From NCBI GenBank assembly GCA_963812015.1, contig CAWETI010000003.1, positions 2,048,001-2,112,000 on the forward strand: a stretch of DNA of 64,000 nt, read 5' to 3'. Origin of the DNA: an uncultured delta proteobacterium. Lineage in GTDB: Bacteria; Desulfobacterota; Desulfobaccia; Desulfobaccales; 0-14-0-80-60-11. Shown here one piece after another: positions 17,341-26,597 of this stretch. Under the pieces are notes generated by a model. It did not search any database, had not been told where the DNA came from, and saw only the letters and a program-made list of their open reading frames with translations. How positions within the stretch are numbered: the stretch's first letter is position 1; each line of letters begins with the position of its first letter. Made by a program: the position numbers and the translations under genes.

Positions 17341-18303
17341 TCACTCATTGGCCAGGCAGCCGCCGCAGGAGGAGCCGTGGCCTGCGGTGCAGCCGTAGCA
17401 GTGGTCCCCCAGGTGGATAGGCCGGGTGGCCAGGGTGGGGAGGTCGAAGTCCCCGATAGTCCGGGGCAGGCCCGACAGCAGGGGCAAATCCATGGCCTGG
17501 TTGAAGTCGCAGTCGTAGAGGCGGCCGTCCCAGGCGACGCTGATCAGGGTGCGGCACATCAGGCCGGTCACCGTGGCCGGGTTGAAGCCGGAAATGAGCT
17601 TCCCGATATAACGGCCATAATTCCTGGACCGCTCCAAAAATTCCTTAAAGCGCCCGATGGGCATGTTGAGCAGGGTCAAAAGCTGGTGAAAGCGAATATC
17701 GTAGCGATCCGCCAGCTCCCGGCGGAACTGCGCTTCCAGAGCCCCCTGCTCCGGCGGGAAGTAGGCGCCGGCGGGGTTGTACATCAGGTTCAGTTTGAGG
17801 TCCGAGTCCGTTTCCCCGTAGCCCGCCCGATTGAGACGGCGCAAGGCTTCCAGGCTCTTCTGAAACACCCCGGGGCCCCGGAGGCGGTCCACTAGGTCCT
17901 CCTGGTAATAAGGCAGAGAGCAGACCAGCTCCACACCGTGCTCCCGGTAAAACGCCGGCAGATGCTCTTTGCCGGGCTCCAGAAGGATGGTCAGATTGCA
18001 GCGGGTCAGGATATGGGCGCCCACTTGATCAAGGCGCTCCACCAGGTATTCGTAATGGGGATTGAGTTCCGGGGCCCCGCCGGTGAGATCGACGGCGGGG
18101 ATGGACCAACGCTCCACCACCCGGATGACCTCCTCGATGGTATCCCGTTCCATCTGTTCCGGGCGGGTGGGTCCGGCCAGGAGGTGGCAATGCTTGCACG
18201 ACTGGTTACAGCGCCACCCCAGGTTGACCTGCAAGGTGCTGACGCTCTCGGCCTTCAGGTGGGGATAACCCAGATGCTCCAGCTTGCGGGCAAAGGGCAG
18301 CAT
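17341..18303 (-). CDS. arsS: Arsenosugar biosynthesis radical SAM protein (Cys form)
   Basis: LQVNLGWRCNQSCKHCH; DLTGGAPELNP; LMCR...YDCDFNQ; HCYGCTAGHGSSCGG tail. Confidence 0.9.
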   Translation of the reverse strand: MLPFARKLEHLGYPHLKAESVSTLQVNLGWRCNQSCKHCHLLAGPTRPEQMERDTIEEVIRVVERWSIPAVDLTGGAPELNPHYEYLVERLDQVGAHILTRCNLTILLEPGKEHLPAFYREHGVELVCSLPYYQEDLVDRLRGPGVFQKSLEALRRLNRAGYGETDSDLKLNLMYNPAGAYFPPEQGALEAQFRRELADRYDIRFHQLLTLLNMPIGRFKEFLERSRNYGRYIGKLISGFNPATVTGLMCRTLISVAWDGRLYDCDFNQAMDLPLLSGLPRTIGDFDLPTLATRPIHLGDHCYGCTAGHGSSCGGCLANE

Positions 18304-18312
18304 GGGTTTGCC

Positions 18313-18645
18313 CTACACGGTGATCTTGGCGGCGGCGTTGTGGGCCTGGATGCCATGAATCAGGGTGGCCCCGCCCCGGATGGCCGCGGCCACGTGAATG
18401 GCCTCGGTCATCTCCTCCATATTGGAGCCGGCTTCCAGGGACCCCCGGGTATAGGCGTCGATGCAGTAGGGGCACTGGACCGCGTGGGCCACCGCCAGGG
18501 CGATGAGGGCCTTTTCCCGGGTCGTCAAGGCCCCGGCGCTCATGACCCCCTGGTAGTAGTTCATGAAGATATCATAGAGATCGGGGCGATATTTGCCGAT
18601 CTCGTCAAATCTTTCCAGGTCATTCTCTTCGTAGTAGTGCGACAT
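18313..18645 (-). CDS. Arsenosugar-associated peroxidase-like protein (AhpD/CMD family)
   Basis: REKALIALAVAHAVQCPYCIDAY; directly upstream of arsS. Confidence 0.88.
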   Translation of the reverse strand: MSHYYEENDLERFDEIGKYRPDLYDIFMNYYQGVMSAGALTTREKALIALAVAHAVQCPYCIDAYTRGSLEAGSNMEEMTEAIHVAAAIRGGATLIHGIQAHNAAAKITV

Positions 18646-18960
18646 CCGGCCTCCTGGGGATGAACCGGAGGCGGCCCGGGAGCCGGCTGATTCCCGCCGG
18701 CCTCCCGTCCTTACCTCTCAGTTCCGGGAATGGCAGGCTGGCGCCGGATGACCCCGGTCGTGCCTGCCTCGTGGGGCGAAAGGGGTGAACTCGATGGCTC
18801 ACAACCCCGGAAGGGAAAAGCTCGCTCCAGGTTAAACCTGGGCGATGCCTCCGGGCCTCATACCGTCTTCTTGAAGGGGCGCACCCATGGGTGTGACCAA
18901 AGTGGGCGGACACGCGGGTCCGCTCCTGCAGTTTGTCGTTTTTTAGGGGAAACTGGTCCA

Positions 18961-18989
18961 AGAGGGCCCGGGACCCTTCCGGGCCCTCT
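18961..18989 (-). terminator. 11-bp hairpin downstream of the GAF gene
   Basis: agagggcccgg/ccgggccctct perfect stem; poor U-tract. Confidence 0.45.
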
Positions 18990-19009
18990 CAGTCCGGTGG
19001 CAATCTCAG

Positions 19010-20077
19010 CTAAAACCGGGTAAAGCCGGTGAAGCGATACATGTCGCCCATCAACTCCTCGTATTCGCCCTTGAGCTTCTGATAGAGGCGGGCGTTTTCC
19101 ATGGCCAGGGCCGCCTGCTCCGCCAGGGAGGAGATAAAGGTAATTTCGTCCTCACTGAAATCCCGAGGGTCGCTGGTGTAAATGCGCATGACCCCGATGA
19201 TGTTGCCCTTGAGGTTGATGGGCACCGAGAGGATGGACTTGATGCCTTCTTCCGACGACTCCTTGGGGTAGGTGGCCCGGGGGTCGCTGTCCACGTCGTA
19301 GATGGAAACCGCCTTGCCCATCATGGAGTCGGTGATGGATTTGTCGGTCCCCACCGGGCCCTTGTTGATATAGCGGTCGCTCAGGCCGTAGGAGGCTACG
19401 AGTTCCATCTGCTGGCGTTTCTCGTCCAGCAGGCGCACCCCGGCCCCCTTGATGTCCAGGGCGGTGGTGACGGTCTTCACCAGGAGGTTAAGGACCTTCT
19501 TCACGTCCAGGGCTGAGTTGACCGCCTTGGAGACCTCCAACAGGCCTTTGAGGAAATTGAGTTCCTTGGTGCGGGTTTCATACATTATGGCGTTGCTAAT
19601 GGCCTGGGCCCCCAGTTCCGCCACGGAGCAGGCGAAATCCACTTCCTCCATGGTAAACTCCCGGGGCTCCGCGGTCACCAGGCGCATGACGCCGATGACC
19701 TTGCCCTTGGCCACCATGGGGACGGCCACCATGGTGGCGATCCCTTCTTCTTTGGCATCCTGGGGATACTGCATGCGGGGGTCGTTGACCGCGTCGAAAA
19801 GAGCCACCGGACGCCCGCTCAAGGCCTCGGTGATACTCTTGTCCAGGTCCACGGGACCCTTCTTGAGATACTTATCGCTCAGCCCATGGGCCGCGGCCAG
19901 CTCCAGCCGGTTGGTTTTGGGATTGACCAGCCGAATGGTAGCCCCTTTCAGGTTCATGACCTCGGTGATTTGCCGCACGATGTGGTCCAGCACTTCGTCC
20001 ACTGACAGGGTGGAGCTCAGGACCTTACTGATCTCCTGAAAACTCCGGAGATACATCCGTTCTTTAAAAGCCGTCAT
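19010..20077 (-). CDS. Tandem GAF-GAF protein with no output domain
   Basis: Two homologous repeats (GLSDKYLKKGPV / GLSDRYINKGPV; VIGVMRL / IIGVMRI). Confidence 0.9.
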   Translation of the reverse strand: MTAFKERMYLRSFQEISKVLSSTLSVDEVLDHIVRQITEVMNLKGATIRLVNPKTNRLELAAAHGLSDKYLKKGPVDLDKSITEALSGRPVALFDAVNDPRMQYPQDAKEEGIATMVAVPMVAKGKVIGVMRLVTAEPREFTMEEVDFACSVAELGAQAISNAIMYETRTKELNFLKGLLEVSKAVNSALDVKKVLNLLVKTVTTALDIKGAGVRLLDEKRQQMELVASYGLSDRYINKGPVGTDKSITDSMMGKAVSIYDVDSDPRATYPKESSEEGIKSILSVPINLKGNIIGVMRIYTSDPRDFSEDEITFISSLAEQAALAMENARLYQKLKGEYEELMGDMYRFTGFTRF

Positions 20078-20348
20078 CGCCGCCCCTCCCTTGTGTATGC
20101 TTGGTCGCTTGCGGGGAATCTTGGTTCGTAGAGAAGAAAACCCGATAGGTTATGGTTAACCATTTTCCCGGCATGCGGCAAGGTTGCCGATAAGAGTTTC
20201 TTTACCGCGCAGAATTATATCATTTTTTGGGTCCCGGGGAAACCTTTTAAGCGGGCTGAGGCGCGGATCGCCTGCGGCCGGTGGACCTTTCCTCCCCAGG
20301 GCTCAGGAATATTTTTCCTCAGAATCAGTTTGTGGTATAAACGCAGCC

Positions 20349-21881
20349 ATGGAATTCATCCCCCTGCACTTCGGTGACCGCCTGACGGTGATCAATCCCC
20401 GGGGGACCATCGGGGTGGTGACTTTGTGGTCGAAGGTGGAATACGTGGTTGAACGGTTCCGCCAGGCCGGGGTGGACCTGGACCCGGCCACCAGCCCCAT
20501 CGCGGTCTTCGGAAACTTATACGGCAACGGCCTCCGGGAGATGCTGCGGAATCTGTTGTACAACCCGCAGATTCGGGTGCTCTTAATTTGTGGCTATAAT
20601 CGTTCGGGCTCCATGCAGGAGTTAATCAGCTTCTTTGATCTGGGTTTGGAACCAGTAGAGGGTTCCCTGGTAACATACCGAAGTCCTTTAGCTGGCTTGA
20701 TAGTCGCTCCGGCCCGCATTGCCCAGACCAGCCGTATCATTGATAACTTGGTTAGCCCAGAGCTTTTTTCCCCGTTACAGCCACCACTTATTCAATTCGT
20801 AGGAGACCCCCAGGAACAAGAAACTTCAACAATTTTAATCAAGGATTTTTTTGCAAGGTTTAATCCAGAGCCCTTTCCAGGGATTGCACGTGTGGAAGTG
20901 CCATTGCCGGAAGTTGAGCTGGACTACTTTCCCAGTAACCCCCGAACTCATCAGATTTCACGAGATAAGCCTTTGGATGCCTGGATAGAATTATTGTATA
21001 TATTGAGCCGTTTCGGCCATAGAGTCACAGTAAGGAAAGGGGATCGCCTCGAGCTGCAAAACGTTAAGGTTGTAGTAGGAAAGCCAGAGTTTGAGGAGAA
21101 AAGACTCCAAAAATTCTCCTTTGATCTCGTAAAACTTAAGAAATACCAGAAAGACATCGTTCGAAGCAAAATAAGGCCTGATAAACCATCGTTAAAAGGG
21201 CAAACCAGACTTCCTCATTGGGTTCAGCTCAGGCCCGACGAGACTTATAATTATAGTGAAAGATTGAGAACACATTTCGGAATGGATGGCTTAGAAGCTT
21301 GTATGACCCATCTTAGGAAGGATTCGGAAGACCGTAAGGCATACTTCACGTTGTGGGATAATACAAAAGATCTCAAGGCTCCCTCTGGGCATCCATGTTT
21401 TGTTTCATTATTTTTCCGGAAATTTGAAAAACGATTGACTTTAACGGCTACATTTCGCACACATAATGCTCTCGATGGCTGGCTGATCAATTTCTATGGG
21501 TTGATGGCAATTCAAAATTGGGTATCAAAAAGGGTAAATCTTCCTTCTGGTGCTATTACCGTAATCAGTCATTCCATAAGTTTGGACCCCAAGGAACTGG
21601 ACAGGGCTATGATCTTCATAAGCCAGCGCTCCCGCAAGGTATTTCGCATGGACCCCATGGGTTACTTCCGGGTCACCCTGGACGGCAATAATATCCTGGT
21701 GGAGCACCGCTTCGAAGACGTCACCCTGAAGGAGTACCGGGGCAAGACCGCGGTATCCCTGCAGCACCAGATTGCCCGGGATGTGGCCGTCTCGGATGTC
21801 AACCACGCCATCTACCTGGGGCGCCAACTGGCCAAGGCCGAGATGGCCCTGAAGGGCGGCCAGGAGTTCGTGCAGGATTAA
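20349..21881 (+). CDS. MtrA-like + thymidylate synthase-like + DUF4346 fusion protein
   Basis: N-terminal GNLYGNGL..LRNLLYNPQIRVLLICG; TS-like YSERL, RKA...W, HPCF, FRTHN, SISL; C-terminal DPMGYF...HAIYLGRQLAKAE. Confidence 0.75.
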   Translation: MEFIPLHFGDRLTVINPRGTIGVVTLWSKVEYVVERFRQAGVDLDPATSPIAVFGNLYGNGLREMLRNLLYNPQIRVLLICGYNRSGSMQELISFFDLGLEPVEGSLVTYRSPLAGLIVAPARIAQTSRIIDNLVSPELFSPLQPPLIQFVGDPQEQETSTILIKDFFARFNPEPFPGIARVEVPLPEVELDYFPSNPRTHQISRDKPLDAWIELLYILSRFGHRVTVRKGDRLELQNVKVVVGKPEFEEKRLQKFSFDLVKLKKYQKDIVRSKIRPDKPSLKGQTRLPHWVQLRPDETYNYSERLRTHFGMDGLEACMTHLRKDSEDRKAYFTLWDNTKDLKAPSGHPCFVSLFFRKFEKRLTLTATFRTHNALDGWLINFYGLMAIQNWVSKRVNLPSGAITVISHSISLDPKELDRAMIFISQRSRKVFRMDPMGYFRVTLDGNNILVEHRFEDVTLKEYRGKTAVSLQHQIARDVAVSDVNHAIYLGRQLAKAEMALKGGQEFVQD

Positions 21882-21906
21882 GAGATTGTGCCTGGCCGAA
21901 TCCACC

Positions 21907-22491
21907 ATGTCACCCGCCGATAAACTCCAAAGCAGATTTTTCCACTATATGGTGGAGCATAACCGGCCCCAGATGGATGGGTTTAAGAGATGGGACTTCC
22001 AGCCGGGCATGCTGTTTCAGGCCTTAAAAAAATGGTGGGGGGATCAGGGCGCCAGATATACGAGGCATGAAGGCTTAGACTTATACCATTATGCAGATGC
22101 CAACGGGGCGCTCAAGACGGTGGACCAGCATACCAGGATACCGGCGGCGTTTGCCGGTGAGATCGTCAAAATCGAGCCTGATTTTCTCGGAAAATCCATC
22201 TATATCCGCCATGACATCTTCTCTGCCGGCGGCAGACAGCTTATTTCGATTTATGGCCACACCGTCCCCCGGGAGTTCCTCGAAGCCGGGCAAAAAGTCG
22301 CCGCAGGTGAGATCATTGGGCGCATATCGGCATTTCCTGACAAAAAAACCACCCTGGTGCCACACCTGCATATTACTTTTGCCTGGGTGCCGGTCTGGGT
22401 CACCCTCAGCCGGCTCGACTGGAAAAACCTGGGTAATGATCCCGGGATAACGCTCATTGATCCGCTCCCGGTGCTATCGAACTTTGCCTGA
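21907..22491 (+). CDS. M23 family peptidase-like protein
   Basis: HEGLD, SIYGH and PHLH zinc motifs. Confidence 0.78.
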   Translation: MSPADKLQSRFFHYMVEHNRPQMDGFKRWDFQPGMLFQALKKWWGDQGARYTRHEGLDLYHYADANGALKTVDQHTRIPAAFAGEIVKIEPDFLGKSIYIRHDIFSAGGRQLISIYGHTVPREFLEAGQKVAAGEIIGRISAFPDKKTTLVPHLHITFAWVPVWVTLSRLDWKNLGNDPGITLIDPLPVLSNFA

Positions 22492-22501
22492 AGATGGGCT
22501 G

Positions 22502-23263
22502 GTGGTTTGGCCCGACAATTACCTGAGGAAAAACGCCATTTGGAAAGATATCGCCCATAATAACCTCATCCTCATCGGCACGGTGCACGGCGATCCTCAA
22601 GGGTATGAGCGGGCCCGGGCCTTGCTTGACTCCCTCAGGCCGGACCTGGTCACCGTGGAGATCAGCCCCTTTTCTTTGCGCTACCGCCAACGGTATGGGG
22701 CCGGCTGGCAGCGGCAACTGGCGCAATCCCTGGCCCTGGCCGAACTGCCCGCCGACGCGGCGCGCCATCTGGCCATCCAACGCCTCACGGCCCAGGTGGC
22801 CCTGCCCTTCGAGGTCAAGGCGGCCCGGGATTACCACCGGCGAGTTGGGGTGCCCTGGCGTCCCCTGGACCTGGGTTTTTTGTCCCGGCGGCACCTGCCC
22901 CGGTATGGGCCGGAACTCCTGAGCCCGGCTAATCTCAAGGCCTTGCTCACCACCCCGGACGGCCCCCTGGAGGAGTACGTAGTTGCGGAGTTCCGCCGGG
23001 CCAGGCTGGCCCTGGTGCAATCCCCCCGACGATTCCTCTCTCCCGGCGTCTCCGAAACTTTGCGACGGGAACGGTTCATAGGCCGCCGCCTTCGCCAACT
23101 GGCCTCCAAGCATCCCCGGGTGGTGCACCTGGGGGGCTGGGAGCACTTGGTGGACTGGCAGGACTCCCCGGGACTATGGCGGGCTCTGGCGGATCTATCG
23201 CCTGGCCGGGTGCTCCTGGATGAGGCGGACCGGGCCCTGGACTTCTCAAGTGAACGCAATTGA
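22502..23263 (+). CDS. Hypothetical protein with TraB/GumN-like N-terminal motif
   Basis: LIGTVHGDP, PDLVTVEISP, HLGGWEHL; start uncertain. Confidence 0.65.
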   Translation: MVWPDNYLRKNAIWKDIAHNNLILIGTVHGDPQGYERARALLDSLRPDLVTVEISPFSLRYRQRYGAGWQRQLAQSLALAELPADAARHLAIQRLTAQVALPFEVKAARDYHRRVGVPWRPLDLGFLSRRHLPRYGPELLSPANLKALLTTPDGPLEEYVVAEFRRARLALVQSPRRFLSPGVSETLRRERFIGRRLRQLASKHPRVVHLGGWEHLVDWQDSPGLWRALADLSPGRVLLDEADRALDFSSERN

Positions 23264-23521
23264 TGTAGCAACTGTTCCGAGAAGTTCAAGGTGCAAGGTG
23301 CAAAGTCAAGAGCAAGGGCAGGCATAAACTTTTCATTAGGTGCGGGGGGCCACAGGCCCAGGCTGGAATGATCGCCGGTATGGCCAATCACCTGTTTATC
23401 CTTACGATTTGGCGAAGTATTTTCCCCCGCCCAAATTAAGTGCTTGAGTTAATAGAGGAATAAAGGGTAAACTCTCCCCCGGGTAGAAACTAATATTTTC
23501 CGTGCATCGGAAGAGGACGAT

Positions 23522-24190
23522 ATGGATATCCGCCCCCTTACCTTGCCGGTGGGGCCGGATCGCATGATCCGGGCAGTCCTGGGGGTGCCCCCCACCGTCA
23601 CCATGGACGCGGTCCTGGTCCTGGCCCACGGGGCCAACAACAACATGGACCAGCCCCTCATCAAAGGGCTGCATGAACTTCTGGCCCGGGCCGGGCTGGT
23701 CACGGTGCGGTTCAATTTTCCCTATGCCGAATCCGGCCGCAAGCATCCCGACCCGGACGACGCCTTGGAAGGGGTCTTCCGCCTGGTCCTGGAATATGTG
23801 GCGCAGATGGACGAATTCAAGGGCCTGGCCCTCTACCTCGGCGGCAAATCCATGGGAGCCCGCCTGGCCGCCCAAATCGTGGCCAAAGACGTGGGCGCCA
23901 GCGGCCTGGTTTTCCTGGGGTATCCGCTCCACCCCCCGGGCAGGCCGGAAAAACTGCGGGATCAACCTCTGTATCAACTACCCTGCCCGGCGCTGTTTAT
24001 CGAAGGGACCCGGGACCCCTTCTGCCAGATGGACCTGCTGGGAAAAGTACTGGGGCAGATGCCGGTCCGGAGCGATCTCCACGTCATCCCCGGGGTGGGC
24101 CATTCCTTTGAATCGGGTGGACACACGCTGGCCCCGGAGATCCTGCCGCTGATCACCCGGGTGATCCTGGGATGGCTGGATAGTTTATAA
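23522..24190 (+). CDS. Alpha/beta hydrolase (KANL3/Tex30-like)
   Basis: LAHGA, RFNFPY, GGKSMGAR, GYPLHPPG, GTRDPF, GHSF. Confidence 0.88.
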   Translation: MDIRPLTLPVGPDRMIRAVLGVPPTVTMDAVLVLAHGANNNMDQPLIKGLHELLARAGLVTVRFNFPYAESGRKHPDPDDALEGVFRLVLEYVAQMDEFKGLALYLGGKSMGARLAAQIVAKDVGASGLVFLGYPLHPPGRPEKLRDQPLYQLPCPALFIEGTRDPFCQMDLLGKVLGQMPVRSDLHVIPGVGHSFESGGHTLAPEILPLITRVILGWLDSL

Positions 24191-24310
24191 AAATGGGAGG
24201 CGAAGAGGGAAAGAGCGATAGTTTTAATTTCTGACCTTTTCCCCTTTTTTCCCGGTTTGATTTGCCGAGAGCGGTGGATTCTCTCTAATGATTGTACAGG
24301 CTGAGTTATC

Positions 24311-25678
24311 ATGAGCATTATCCTTGTCGTGGACGACGACGCGCCCACCCGGGAAGCGTTGGCGGGCGGATTGAAGAAGTTGGGCCATGAGATCCACGTG
24401 GCCGGCACCGGGGCCGCGGCCCTGGACGAAGTCCGGCGCCACGCCGTGGACCTGGCCATCATCGACCTGAAGCTCCCGGATATGGAGGGCACCGAACTCT
24501 TCGGGGCCCTGCGCATCCTCCGGCCTGAGACCATCGCCATCATGATCTCCGGCGCCGCCACCGTGGACGAGGCCGTGTCCGCCCTGAAACGGGGGATTTA
24601 CGACTTCATCACCAAAGACTTCCGCATGGCGGACCTGCGCAAGGTGGTGAGCAAGGCCCTGGAGACTCAGCAGCTCCTGGTGGAAAACCAGCGGTTGCGG
24701 GACGCCCTCCGGGACCGGGGTCCCACCGGCCGCATTATCGGCCGGGGGCCGGCCATCCTCAAAGTCCTCCACCTCATCGACCAGGTGGCGCCCATGAAGA
24801 GCTCCGTGCTTATCGAAGGTGAGTCGGGAGTGGGCAAGGAGCTCATTGCCGAAGCCATTCACCACCAGAGCCCCCGGCGGCCCAAACCCCTGGTCAAGCT
24901 GAACTGCGCCGCCCTGCCGGAAGGACTCATCGAATCGGAACTCTTCGGCCATGAGAAAGGCGCCTTCACCGGAGCCATCCAGCAGCGCAAAGGCCGCTTC
25001 GAACTGGCCGACGGGGGGACCATCTTCCTGGACGAAATCAGCGAGATGCCGCCCGCCACCCAGGTGAAGCTGTTGCGGGTGCTCCAGGAAGGGGAATTTG
25101 AACGGGTGGGAGGGACCCAGACCCTGAAGGCGGACGTCCGGGTGATTGCCGCCACCAACCGGAACCTGGAAGAAGAGGTGGCCGAAGGGCGCTTCCGCAA
25201 AGACCTGTTCTACCGGCTTAACGTCATCCATATGATTATGCCGCCCCTGCGGGACCGGGTGGAGGACATCCCCCTGCTAGCCTTGCATTTTCTCGACAAG
25301 TTCTGCCTGGAAAACCGGCGGCCCCCCATGGGCTTCAGCCCCGACGCCATGCTGGCCCTGAAGAGCCATGCCTGGCCGGGAAACGTCCGGGAATTGCAGA
25401 ACGTGGTGGAACGGGCGGTGGCCCTGTGCACCAGCAACATGGTGGAGTTCGAGGACCTGCCGGACGAGATCCGCCGGCATTCCCCGGAAGACGACAAGAT
25501 CGTCCTGCCGGTGGGGTCTTCCATGGAGGAAATCGAACGCCAGGCCATCCACCAAACCCTGAAGAAGACCGGGGGCGATAAGGAACTGACCGCCCGCCTC
25601 CTGGGCATCGGCCTGGCCACCCTGTATCGCCGCCTCAAGGAGATGGAGCCTAAAGAAGTGGCGCCGGAGGAAACCTGA
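24311..25678 (+). CDS. Sigma54-dependent response regulator (NtrC/AtoC family)
   Basis: REC domain, GESGVGKE, GAFTGA, HTH. Confidence 0.95.
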   Translation: MSIILVVDDDAPTREALAGGLKKLGHEIHVAGTGAAALDEVRRHAVDLAIIDLKLPDMEGTELFGALRILRPETIAIMISGAATVDEAVSALKRGIYDFITKDFRMADLRKVVSKALETQQLLVENQRLRDALRDRGPTGRIIGRGPAILKVLHLIDQVAPMKSSVLIEGESGVGKELIAEAIHHQSPRRPKPLVKLNCAALPEGLIESELFGHEKGAFTGAIQQRKGRFELADGGTIFLDEISEMPPATQVKLLRVLQEGEFERVGGTQTLKADVRVIAATNRNLEEEVAEGRFRKDLFYRLNVIHMIMPPLRDRVEDIPLLALHFLDKFCLENRRPPMGFSPDAMLALKSHAWPGNVRELQNVVERAVALCTSNMVEFEDLPDEIRRHSPEDDKIVLPVGSSMEEIERQAIHQTLKKTGGDKELTARLLGIGLATLYRRLKEMEPKEVAPEET

Positions 25679-25679
25679 G

Positions 25680-26558
25680 ATGGCATGGTTGAACTTCCTG
25701 GACCTGAAGTCTTTGCCGGTCAAAGAAGCCGAGGCGGTAGTTCTGCCCATTCCCTATGAAGCCACCACCACGTATGGGTCCGGGACCCGGGAAGGCCCCG
25801 AGGCCATCCTGGCCGCGTCCCGCCAGGTGGAGATGTGGGACGAAGACTATAACTGGGACCCCGCGGCGGCCATCCGCCTGGCCACCGCCGCCCCCATCCA
25901 CCCGGAGGTGGCGGGCCCCCAGGCCATGGTGGAGAAAATCAAGCGGATCGTGCAGCCCTGGATATCCCAGGGCAAGCTGATCTGCTCCCTGGGGGGTGAA
26001 CACACCATCACCGTGGCCCTGCTCCAGGCCATGCAGACCCGTTACCCGGACCTGACGGTGGTGGCCCTGGACGCCCACGCCGACATGCGGGAGAGCTACG
26101 ACGGCAGCAAACTCTCCCATGCCTGCGTCATGCGCCGCGCCTATGAGTTGGGCCGGCCCCTCACCCTCCTGGGGGTGCGCAGCTACTCCCAGGAAGAATA
26201 CCAACTCCTGCGGGTGGCGCCGCGCTTCAAGATGTTCAAGGCGAAAGAGCTCCACACCCCGGAAGGCTGGCAGGCGGCTCTAGATCACCTCAAGGGTATC
26301 GCGGGGCCGGTGTATCTGTCCATCGACTTAGACGCCCTGGACCCCGGCATCATGCCCGGGGTGGGCACCCCGGAACCGGGCGGTCTTTCGTATAGCCAGG
26401 TGCTGACCATTATGGAAACCCTGGCCCTCCGCGGTCCCATCATCGGCCTGGACCTGGTGGAACTGGCCCCCATCCCGGGACATAAGGTGAGCCAATTCAC
26501 CGCGGCCCGGCTGCTGTATAAAGCGTTGGGGTATATTTATCAATCTCGGAAGAAATAA
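25680..26558 (+). CDS. speB: Agmatinase
   Basis: GGEHTI, DAHAD, SHA, SIDLDALDP, GTPEPGG. Confidence 0.9.
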   Translation: MAWLNFLDLKSLPVKEAEAVVLPIPYEATTTYGSGTREGPEAILAASRQVEMWDEDYNWDPAAAIRLATAAPIHPEVAGPQAMVEKIKRIVQPWISQGKLICSLGGEHTITVALLQAMQTRYPDLTVVALDAHADMRESYDGSKLSHACVMRRAYELGRPLTLLGVRSYSQEEYQLLRVAPRFKMFKAKELHTPEGWQAALDHLKGIAGPVYLSIDLDALDPGIMPGVGTPEPGGLSYSQVLTIMETLALRGPIIGLDLVELAPIPGHKVSQFTAARLLYKALGYIYQSRKK

Positions 26559-26597
26559 TGTTTTCGGTTCAGAATGTTCGGAATTGGAGGGAAAGCA

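Noticed and set aside
17341..18303. Selenocysteine recoding in arsS or other redox genes
   Set aside because: No in-frame TGA; the C-terminal Cys motifs are complete before the stop
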